A DNA stretch of 64,000 nucleotides, taken from the NCBI GenBank assembly GCA_044225365.1, contig JBGAIQ010000011.1, positions 1-64,000 of the forward strand, in the 5' to 3' direction. Position numbers and translations under genes: made by a program. Shown piece after piece: positions 56,146 through 64,000 of the stretch. Positions within the stretch are counted from its first letter, which is position 1. Each line of letters begins with the position of its first letter. The DNA is from Planctomycetota bacterium. Its GTDB lineage: Bacteria > Planctomycetota > B15-G4 > JADJEK01. Below the pieces are notes generated by a model. It searched no databases, was not told where the DNA came from, and saw only the letters and a list, made by a program, of their open reading frames with translations.

Positions 56146-57345
56146 TTGGACCTGTTCAGCCACACGACGCTGATCTTCCTCGTCGCCGCGGCGATCGCCT
56201 GCGCGTTGCCCCTCGGCAAGGACTTCCGTCGGCTCGCGCTGCTCGCGTTCAACGCGTACTTCCTCTACACCTTCGATCCGCTCGCGCCCGTCCTCTTCCT
56301 CGCGACGTCGCTCATCGGGTTCTTCGCAGCGAAGACCGCCGCCCGCGGCACGACGAACGCCACGTTCGCCCTGTGCTGCGCCCCGCTCCTCGTGCCACTC
56401 TTCCTGCCCAAGCTCGGGTGGCTCGTCGATCTGTCGCATCTGTTCTCGGGCGGCACGGTCGGCAATGCGGTCGGCGCGCGCCTCGCGATCTTCATCGGCG
56501 CGTCGTACTACACGCTGCGCGCGCTGTCGTTCGCGCTCGATGCGAAGCGCACTGGCGCGCTGCATTTCAGGCTCTTCGACTTCCTCGTCTACAACTCGTT
56601 CTTCCCGACGATCATCTCGGGACCGATCGAGCGGCCCGACCACTTCGCAAAGACGTTCGATCGTCTCGGCGCTCCGAATGGCGAGGACTTCAAGGAAGCC
56701 GCGATCCGCATCACGCTCGGACTCCTCAAGAAAGTCGTGCTCGGCAGCATCGCCGCGTCGTGGGCGGCGCCGGTCATGGGATTCACGAAGGACCCGTCGC
56801 TCACCACCTTCGAAGCGTGGCGCTCGCTCTACGCGTGGCTGCTGTACACGTACCTCGACTTCGCGGGTTATTCCGATCTCGCGCTCGGCGTCGCGCGGCT
56901 CTTTGGGATCCGTCTCGCGGAGAACTTCGACAACCCGTTCCTCAAGCCGTCGATCGCGGAGTTCTGGAAGGGCTGGCATCTCTCGCTGTCGTTCTGGATC
57001 CGCGACTATCTGTTCGTGCCGCTCTGCGGGCGATCGACATCCGTCCTCCGCCCGCACCTCGCCGCGCTCGCGTCGATGACTCTATGCGGCCTGTGGCACA
57101 ATCCGAACCTCGGCTGGATGCTGTGGGGACTCGCGCACGGCGCGGGCTTGTCCGTGCATCAGGCCTGGACGATGAAGCTGCGGAAGAACTTCAAGCTGAA
57201 GAAGAAGCTGCAGGCGTCGACGGCGTTCCGCGCCGTTTCGATCTTCGCGACGTTCAACTTCGTCGCGTTCACCTGGACGCTCGTGATCGATCCGTATCAC
57301 CTGCAAACGGCCGCGGAGTTCTGGAAGATCTTGCTCGGAAGGTGA
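56146..57345 (+). CDS. MBOAT O-acyltransferase (AlgI/DltB-like)
   Basis: G.SYY, FFP...SGPI.R, Y.DFAGYSD.A, ENF..P, EFW..WH.SLS.W.RDY, G.WH. Confidence 0.92.
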   Translation: MDLFSHTTLIFLVAAAIACALPLGKDFRRLALLAFNAYFLYTFDPLAPVLFLATSLIGFFAAKTAARGTTNATFALCCAPLLVPLFLPKLGWLVDLSHLFSGGTVGNAVGARLAIFIGASYYTLRALSFALDAKRTGALHFRLFDFLVYNSFFPTIISGPIERPDHFAKTFDRLGAPNGEDFKEAAIRITLGLLKKVVLGSIAASWAAPVMGFTKDPSLTTFEAWRSLYAWLLYTYLDFAGYSDLALGVARLFGIRLAENFDNPFLKPSIAEFWKGWHLSLSFWIRDYLFVPLCGRSTSVLRPHLAALASMTLCGLWHNPNLGWMLWGLAHGAGLSVHQAWTMKLRKNFKLKKKLQASTAFRAVSIFATFNFVAFTWTLVIDPYHLQTAAEFWKILLGR

Positions 57346-57360
57346 GCAGGTCGAAGACGA

Positions 57361-57508
57361 TGCCGGGCGGAGCCCGGCGGTCCGGATGCGGGGTTCCAGC
57401 GGGAGCAAGGGACCGTATGCCGGGCGGAGCCCGGCGGTCCGATTCGCCGGACCGCCACGCTCCAGCGTGGCATTCCTTCCGACCATGCCGGGCGGAGCCC
57501 GGCGGTCC
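57361..57508. repeat. REP-like cluster: three type A and one type B copy between convergent genes
   Basis: Type A at 57361, 57418 and 57486; type B at 57449. Confidence 0.85.
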
Positions 57509-57518
57509 GGAGAACGAA

Positions 57519-59252
57519 TCACATCTTCTCGAGCCGGATCTCGATCGTCTTCACGCTTGTGAAGCCGCCCATCGGGATCTCGAACTCGGTCTCCACGTCG
57601 CGATAACCCTTCGTCCGAATCGTGACGGCGACGCGGCCCGCCGCGAGTCGATCGGTCGGCAGGCGATAATGCTCGATCGAGATCTTTGGAAAGGCGCCGT
57701 CCTTCGGTCGGCTTCCGAAGCGTGATTCGGTGATCCGTTCTCCGCTGGAATCGCAAAGCGCGAAGCTCGGCGACGCGGAATCCACCGGCTCGTTCGTCTG
57801 CGCATCGAGGAGATGTACGACGACTCCGCGCGGCACGAGCACGACGCGGATCGGAGCGCGTCCGGGCTCGACAGCGCGCGTGATCTGCTCCCAGTCGATC
57901 CCGGTGATCTCGTCGTGCCAACGAAAGACGAGGTCCTTCGCGGCAGCATCGCAGAGCATCGCAACGAACTCTCCCGCCGCGTTCGTTTGCTCCGATACGC
58001 TTCCGAACTCGAGACTCGCACTCACCGCCGGCGATCCATCCTCGAACACGGCCGTGCCGCGCAGTTCGACCTTGCGCGCTGCGAAGCGCACGTCGCCGAC
58101 ATCGATCTTGGATCCAGAGTGCAGCTCGAACTTCACCCCCGGATCGCGACAGCGCTTCTCGCAGCGCAATTCGTAGACGGCAGGCTCGAGTCCCTCGATG
58201 AGAAATCGGCCCTCGGCGTTGGTCGACCAGAAAGGACGGATGGCCGTTTCGGGCTGCGACCCACCACTGACGAATTTGAATTCGATACCGCCGCGAACGT
58301 CTCGCCCGTCGCGCGTCAGGTACACCTCCGTGCGAGGCACCGGAATCCCGTCCGCATCCACGATCCGGCCATAGATCGTCGCCCCCGGACTGCGCATGAC
58401 GATCGTCGGCATCTCATTCGTACCCGCTCCCGCTTCGAAGAGCATCGTCTCGGGCTCCAGATACTTGGGATGCTCGGCCCGAATCTCGAGGACGCGGCGC
58501 GCGCCCTCGACCGAGCCGCCGGGATCGACGTCGGGAAGCGAGAAGCGCCCCTTCGCATCGGAGGTGCCGAACGTCGATCGCGCGCCCGGCGTCGATCTCG
58601 CGACGGCGTGGATCTTCACGCCGGCAAGCGGCTTCGCGTCCGGATCGATCACGAGCCCCGTGAGTTCGATCGCCGGGCGCGCCGCGAGGATCACGACCTG
58701 CTCGGTCTTGTCGGCGCCGTCGAGAATGTCGACCTGGACGTCGTCGCCGAACACGCAACCGCTGTCGAGCGCGACGCGATGATGCGCAACTCTCAATCGG
58801 CCAAACGAAACGCTGCCGCTCGCGTCCGTCGTGCCCGACCGCTCCCGCACGTCCTCGTAGATGGGAAGTGAGCCCGGTTTCTGCGAAAGCGAGGCTGGAT
58901 CGAGGCGCTGTTCGCGAAGGATCACGGGCACGTCGGCGAACGGCTTCCCGCTCGGCATGTCGAGCACGCGCACGACGAGCGTTCGTCCCTTCGTCTCGCT
59001 CGTTTCGATCCGTGTACGCTTCGGTGAATCGCTGCTCTGGAGCGCGCGTCGAACGAGCTCAGTCCACAGCACCGGGGAACTCTTCGAAGTCGGAGAGGCC
59101 TGTTCATCCGTTCCGCCCTCGTCCAGAGTGGCCGCGACTCGCTCCCCCGGCTCTTGGATCGCATCCCGGCGCGCGACGAACAACGCCTGCCACAGCGCGA
59201 TCGCTGCGATTACGAGGACGATGCCGGCGACGAACGGTCTCTTCTCATTCAT
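57519..59252 (-). CDS. Membrane-anchored carboxypeptidase-regulatory-like (transthyretin-like) repeat protein
   Basis: N-terminal TM; repeated G.V.D.DG.P...V / TD..GRF. Confidence 0.8.
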   Translation of the reverse strand: MNEKRPFVAGIVLVIAAIALWQALFVARRDAIQEPGERVAATLDEGGTDEQASPTSKSSPVLWTELVRRALQSSDSPKRTRIETSETKGRTLVVRVLDMPSGKPFADVPVILREQRLDPASLSQKPGSLPIYEDVRERSGTTDASGSVSFGRLRVAHHRVALDSGCVFGDDVQVDILDGADKTEQVVILAARPAIELTGLVIDPDAKPLAGVKIHAVARSTPGARSTFGTSDAKGRFSLPDVDPGGSVEGARRVLEIRAEHPKYLEPETMLFEAGAGTNEMPTIVMRSPGATIYGRIVDADGIPVPRTEVYLTRDGRDVRGGIEFKFVSGGSQPETAIRPFWSTNAEGRFLIEGLEPAVYELRCEKRCRDPGVKFELHSGSKIDVGDVRFAARKVELRGTAVFEDGSPAVSASLEFGSVSEQTNAAGEFVAMLCDAAAKDLVFRWHDEITGIDWEQITRAVEPGRAPIRVVLVPRGVVVHLLDAQTNEPVDSASPSFALCDSSGERITESRFGSRPKDGAFPKISIEHYRLPTDRLAAGRVAVTIRTKGYRDVETEFEIPMGGFTSVKTIEIRLEKM

Positions 59253-59289
59253 GTTCGGACGGTTCTACCGCACGGACGACACGCGGGTA

Positions 59290-60948
59290 TCACTCCGGCT
59301 CGAGCGCGGCTTCGAGGACTTCGCGCTTCGCGTAGCCATCGCGGGGGATCTCGAACGTGAGATCGCTCGTGCGATAGCCGCTCGCGGAGATCCGCAGGGC
59401 CACCCGCCCGGGGGCGCAGTTCTCGGTGAGGAGTCGGTACTCACCGTTTTCGATCTTGGATCGATAGGTGCCGAGATCGCCCCGCGAGTCGAGGAGCGTC
59501 ATCACCACGGTTCGGGGTTCGAGGGTCGATCGCGTCTTCGAGTCGTAGAGCCGCAGGACGAGACCAGCGGGCGCGATTGTGATTCGCAGCGGCCCGCCGC
59601 CCGGATTCACTGCCTTCTCGGTATGCGACCATGCCAGCCGACTATCGGATGTCTCGCGCCACGAGAATGCCAGGTCTCCCGGTGCGGCCGAGCACAGCAT
59701 GAGCGAGAACTCGCCCTTGTCGTCAGTCTTTCCCACCTCGATGGAATCGGCGGCGCGGAACGTGAACGAAACCTGGGACGCGGGGGCGCCGTCCTCGAAA
59801 ACGACGACGCCCTTCAGTTCGACTCTGCGCTCGGCGCCGCGCACGTCTCCGATGTCCTTGTCTTCGTGGTCGCCGAGCTCGATAGGTCCGAATTCGCGAA
59901 TGCAGAGCCCCTGGCACGTCAGAAGGAAATGCCCACGATGGAGGCCTGTGAGGAGGAAGCGACCGCGCACATCCGTCGTGTCGTCCGCCGCCCGGCGATC
60001 GGTGGAGTCGAGGGCGATGAGTTCGACGCGGGCACCATTGTGGGGCCGGCCGTCGGGATCCACGATCCGCCCCTCGATCGATCCCCCGCGTTCGCGCAGG
60101 ACGAGGGGACGATCGAGCGTATTCGCGCCGGAACCGATTTCGACGTCTCGCGAATCGCGATCGATGTAGGCGGGCGATGACGCGGTCACGGTGAGGCGGC
60201 ACGTCTTACGATCGCGGCTCGGCACTTCGATCCGCGGAAAGACGAATTGGCCGAGCTTGTCGGTCCTCACCGGCGCGGGAACGTCGAAACGGATCTCGAC
60301 CGGAGCGAGCGCAACGGCCGCGTTTGCGATCGGCTTTCCGTCGGCGTCGACGACGGAGCCGGAGAGCTTCGCCCCGAGTATCGAGATCGTGCTCGCTCGA
60401 ATCTCGATCGTGCGATCGGACTCCGCCGTGAACTCGACGTCGACCGGCGCAGCCTCGAGATGATCGCCAACGATGTCGACTCGGTAGCGGCCGGGCCGCA
60501 CGTTGCGATAGTGGGCTTCCCCATCCTGGCCGGTCTTCGCCGTGCGCGAGTCGAAGTCGGTGAAGCGACGGGTTTCGGCGCCGCTCGCAGCCGCATCGAC
60601 GGGGATCTCGATCTGCTCGACGAGGGCGACGGCGACGTCCGGCTTCGGCTGCGAGGTCTCAGCGCCGATGACTCGAACCGAGAGAACCCGTCCCTCGGTG
60701 TGAAAATCACCGCGCGATGGATCCGGCATTTCCGAACCACTCGCCTCCTCGCGCGCCGCGGGTTGTGCGGGAGGTGGCGATAGAACCTGCGGTTCGATTC
60801 GCGACGATTCGGTCGGCGCAGTTTCGACGCCGGGTGAGCGCGCTTCGAATGGGGTCGCCGGAGCGCTCGGTGCAAAGAGCGTGCGAGCGAGCATCCCCAC
60901 GAGTCCCGCTGCGAGGAGAAGTAGAACGAGCGCGGTCGACTTCCTCAT
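59290..60948 (-). CDS. Carboxypeptidase-regulatory-like repeat protein, paralog
   Basis: Same architecture; GGAGG RBS. Confidence 0.8.
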   Translation of the reverse strand: MRKSTALVLLLLAAGLVGMLARTLFAPSAPATPFEARSPGVETAPTESSRIEPQVLSPPPAQPAAREEASGSEMPDPSRGDFHTEGRVLSVRVIGAETSQPKPDVAVALVEQIEIPVDAAASGAETRRFTDFDSRTAKTGQDGEAHYRNVRPGRYRVDIVGDHLEAAPVDVEFTAESDRTIEIRASTISILGAKLSGSVVDADGKPIANAAVALAPVEIRFDVPAPVRTDKLGQFVFPRIEVPSRDRKTCRLTVTASSPAYIDRDSRDVEIGSGANTLDRPLVLRERGGSIEGRIVDPDGRPHNGARVELIALDSTDRRAADDTTDVRGRFLLTGLHRGHFLLTCQGLCIREFGPIELGDHEDKDIGDVRGAERRVELKGVVVFEDGAPASQVSFTFRAADSIEVGKTDDKGEFSLMLCSAAPGDLAFSWRETSDSRLAWSHTEKAVNPGGGPLRITIAPAGLVLRLYDSKTRSTLEPRTVVMTLLDSRGDLGTYRSKIENGEYRLLTENCAPGRVALRISASGYRTSDLTFEIPRDGYAKREVLEAALEPE

Positions 60949-60999
60949 GCCTCCCCACAGTGTACGACCGAGACGTGCAAGCGGGGCCCCGAGTTCTGA

Positions 61000-62613
61000 T
61001 CAGAGTTTCTCGAGCGGGACCTCGACGACGTGGCGGTCCTCGTATCCGTCCTTCGGCGGCTCGTACTTCATCTCGAAGGCGCCGTATCCTCGAGCGACGA
61101 ACCTTAGCGTGACCGGTGGATCGAGATCGTCGAGATCGAGGCGGAACTCCCCGCCGGCCTTCGGAAAACGATAGCTGGAGGCCTGCCCCACGCGATCGAG
61201 GCAGCCGACTTCGATCTCGGGATCCTCGATGAGCGCGTGCGAAGCGGCATCGACGAGGCGGAAGACCACGCCCTTCGGGGAGAGCACGACTCGCAACGGC
61301 GGACCGCCCGGGACGACGTCGCGCTTTACTTGTCCCCAATGCACGTACTCGTTCGTCTCGTGCCAGCGAAAGAGGAGCGTCACCGGCGCGGAGTCGCATC
61401 GCGAGAACGAGAACGAGCCGTCGGCCGCGATCACGACGGGCTGGTTCTTCAGGTGAACGGTCGCTCCCGCCGCGGGCCGTCCATCGTCGAAGAATGCAAA
61501 GCCGGCGACGTCGAAGCGCGTGGGAGGCGGTTTCAGATCGCCGACGTCGACCTTGGCGCCGAGGGCGATCTCGATCGGCTCGGATTCCTCGAGGCAGATA
61601 CTCGGACAGGCGATGGCGAATCGACCCGGTGCGAGCGATCGGAAGACGAAGCGACCGCGATCATCCGTCGTCGCGGTGAAGGGGCCCGCGGATTTCGAGA
61701 GCAGCGTGCGGCATTCGACGGATGCCCCATTCACCGGCACGCCGAGCGCGTCGACGATGCGGCCAAAGAGCGAAGCGGCGCGCGTATGCATCACGAGCGG
61801 CGCAGCGAGCTCGTTCTTGCCCGCGCGCAGCTCGAACTCGATCTCGGCGATGTCGAGCCACGATGGACTCGAGGCACGGATCCGCGTCGCGATGCCGCGC
61901 GCGCCGTCCTCGTGGACGTCGATGTCGGCGATCCGGAACGATCCGTCGGCACCGCTGTAGCTGCTCGTCGTCCGCCTTCCGATCGTTCGGATGGGCATCG
62001 CGCTGATCGATGCGTCGTCGACGGGTCCGCCGGATTCATCGAGCACGAGGCCGGTGAGCTCGGCTGAGGGCCAGGCCTTCAACTCGATGCGCTGCGTCGG
62101 TTCCTGCGAGGTCTCGATCGTCAGCTCGTCGGAGAACGCCGACGGTCCATCGCAATGAACTTTGAAGCGACCGATCGGGACCTCGAGGAACGTCGCGTCT
62201 CCCGATTCGTCCGTCGTCCGCGAACGTTGACCGAATTCGAGGAGTTGGGGCGAAGGGCCTGCTGCGGTCTTCCACGCTTCAGCGGAGCGCAGCTCGACGA
62301 GAGTCACTTCGGCGTTCACGCAGGCGACGAGATGGATCGGATCGATCACGTGAACGACGAGGCGGCGCTCTTGCCGGGAGCTCTTTGCATGAGGCGAATC
62401 CGGAGTCGCGACGATCTCACGCGTGAGGGGTCCGGAGTCGTCGCTCGCGACGCGCAGCGGATCCGGGAGTCGCGGCGCGATGGGCGCGGGTGGATTCGAA
62501 TCCGAGGCCCGATCCGGGGCGCGCGCGGCGTCGTCGCCGTGCGTGCTCTTTCGAAGCACGTAGACGAGGACGATCAGGACGATCGCGGCGACGACGAGCG
62601 AAGTGCGGCGCAT
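61000..62613 (-). CDS. Carboxypeptidase-regulatory-like repeat protein, paralog
   Basis: Same architecture. Confidence 0.8.
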   Translation of the reverse strand: MRRTSLVVAAIVLIVLVYVLRKSTHGDDAARAPDRASDSNPPAPIAPRLPDPLRVASDDSGPLTREIVATPDSPHAKSSRQERRLVVHVIDPIHLVACVNAEVTLVELRSAEAWKTAAGPSPQLLEFGQRSRTTDESGDATFLEVPIGRFKVHCDGPSAFSDELTIETSQEPTQRIELKAWPSAELTGLVLDESGGPVDDASISAMPIRTIGRRTTSSYSGADGSFRIADIDVHEDGARGIATRIRASSPSWLDIAEIEFELRAGKNELAAPLVMHTRAASLFGRIVDALGVPVNGASVECRTLLSKSAGPFTATTDDRGRFVFRSLAPGRFAIACPSICLEESEPIEIALGAKVDVGDLKPPPTRFDVAGFAFFDDGRPAAGATVHLKNQPVVIAADGSFSFSRCDSAPVTLLFRWHETNEYVHWGQVKRDVVPGGPPLRVVLSPKGVVFRLVDAASHALIEDPEIEVGCLDRVGQASSYRFPKAGGEFRLDLDDLDPPVTLRFVARGYGAFEMKYEPPKDGYEDRHVVEVPLEKL

Positions 62614-62644
62614 GTTCCACTTTCACGCCGCACGCGGCGCTGCG

Positions 62645-64000
62645 TCAATTCCGCCGGGGAACCATCATGCCGCGGGCGAAGTAGATCACGAGGCCGATGG
62701 CGAGCCAGATGCCGAAGCGGAGCCAGGCATCGACGCCGAGTCCGTACATGGTGTAGAGGCAGGATGCGATCGCGAGCGGCGCGACGATCCATACGCCCGG
62801 CACTCGGAACGGACGATGCTGATCCGGCTTGGTGATGCGCAGGACGAGCACGCCGGCGCACGCGATCACGAATGCGAAGAGTGTTCCGATGCTCGTGAGG
62901 TCGAACGTTGCGTCGTCGTCGATCACCGCCGAAGCGATGGCGACCACGAGACCGGTAATGATGGTCGTGACGTGCGGCGTGCGGTAGATGGGATGGACTC
63001 GCGCGAACGTCTCGGGGAGCAAGCCGTCGCGCGACATCGCGAAGAAGATGCGCGGTTGTCCGAGCTGGAAGACGAGGAGAACGGCCGACATCGAGATGAC
63101 GGCACCGAGCGAGACGATGAGTTCGATGGCAGGGAGATGCGCACCCTTCAACGCGTTGGCGAGGGGGTCGGCGCCTTCGGCGAGACGGTTGTAGGGAGTC
63201 ATTCCGGTCGCCACGGCCGCGACGAGGATGTAGATCACGGTGCAGATCGCGAGTGAACCGAGGATGCCGATCGGCATGTCGCGCTTCGGATTCTTCGTCT
63301 CCTCGGCGGCGGTCGAGACGGCGTCGAAACCGATGTAGGCGAAGAAGACGGCGCCTGCCGCATCGCGGATGCCACCCCATCCGTGCGGCGAGAAGTCCTT
63401 CCAATTCGACGCATCGAAATGGGCGATTCCGACCGCAACGAAGAGAGCGAGGACGCCGAGCTTGATCACGACCATGATCGTGTTCGCGCGCGCGCTTTCC
63501 TTCACCCCTCGAACGAGGAGCCACGTGATGAGCATCACGATGAGCACGGCCGGGATGTTGACGAGGATCGGATGACCCATCACGTGTGGAGCGGCATCGA
63601 GGCGGTGCTGCCAAGTCGCGAGGTTCGAGGTTGCATCGCTCAGGGCGGCCTTCAGCGCTTCGAGCTTGTCCGGCGCGATGTCGGTGACCGCACTGGCCAA
63701 GTCCTGATTCGCTGCCGCGACCGCTTTGGTGAAGGTGGCGATGCGCTCGTGGACGTCGCCGACTCCGAAGGCGAGCCAATCCGGCAGCGTGACGTGGAAT
63801 GCCGAGAGCAACGATTGGAAATAGCCGGACCATGAGATTGCTACCGCGACATTGCCGATTGCGTACTCGAGGATCAGGTCCCAGCCGATGATCCAGGCGA
63901 TGAACTCGCCCATCGTCGCGAAGGCGTAGGTGTACGCCGAGCCGGAGACGGGGATCATGGCGGTGAGTTCGGCGTAGCAGAGGCCGGCGAGCGCGCACAC
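62645..64000 (-). CDS. APC-family amino acid permease (cationic amino acid transporter-like), 5' end outside the window
   Basis: CYAEL..MIP.SGSAY.Y, GW.L.LEY, FFAYIGFDA.ST.AEE..NP.RD.P, SRDGLLP. Confidence 0.92.
   Translation of the reverse strand: MCALAGLCYAELTAMIPVSGSAYTYAFATMGEFIAWIIGWDLILEYAIGNVAVAISWSGYFQSLLSAFHVTLPDWLAFGVGDVHERIATFTKAVAAANQDLASAVTDIAPDKLEALKAALSDATSNLATWQHRLDAAPHVMGHPILVNIPAVLIVMLITWLLVRGVKESARANTIMVVIKLGVLALFVAVGIAHFDASNWKDFSPHGWGGIRDAAGAVFFAYIGFDAVSTAAEETKNPKRDMPIGILGSLAICTVIYILVAAVATGMTPYNRLAEGADPLANALKGAHLPAIELIVSLGAVISMSAVLLVFQLGQPRIFFAMSRDGLLPETFARVHPIYRTPHVTTIITGLVVAIASAVIDDDATFDLTSIGTLFAFVIACAGVLVLRITKPDQHRPFRVPGVWIVAPLAIASCLYTMYGLGVDAWLRFGIWLAIGLVIYFARGMMVPRRN

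Overview
High-GC bacterial window. Gene content (sulfatase, DUF1080/DUF1570-like proteins, FG-GAP and carboxypeptidase-regulatory-like surface proteins, several ECF sigma factors) suggests a Planctomycetota-type genome; this is inference only. It holds about 50 CDSs: housekeeping genes (ggt, argF'-type carbamoyltransferase, pepN-like, leucine dehydrogenase, murC-like, rpiA, rarA), three sigma factors and many secreted or lipoproteins. No rRNA, tRNA, CRISPR array or transposase was recognised. The ORF track misses several things. (1) Two thioredoxin-fold genes are split by an in-frame TGA exactly at the first Cys of the CxxC site (APG-U-LGC and W-U-GPC), so both are probable selenoproteins. (2) Two unrelated secreted proteins share a homologous ~120-aa C-terminal domain, a candidate sorting or anchoring module. 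(3) A family of REP-like palindromes shows compensatory base changes, and some copies lie inside coding sequence. (4) An ECF sigma with a Cys-rich insert heads a run of anti-sigma, an active/inactive HtrA pair and a selenoprotein. (5) Structured RNA and a micro-ORF flank an orphan sigma-28 gene. (6) There is a FAAL-ACP-MBOAT acylation cassette. Family calls come from motifs recognised by eye; no searches were run.
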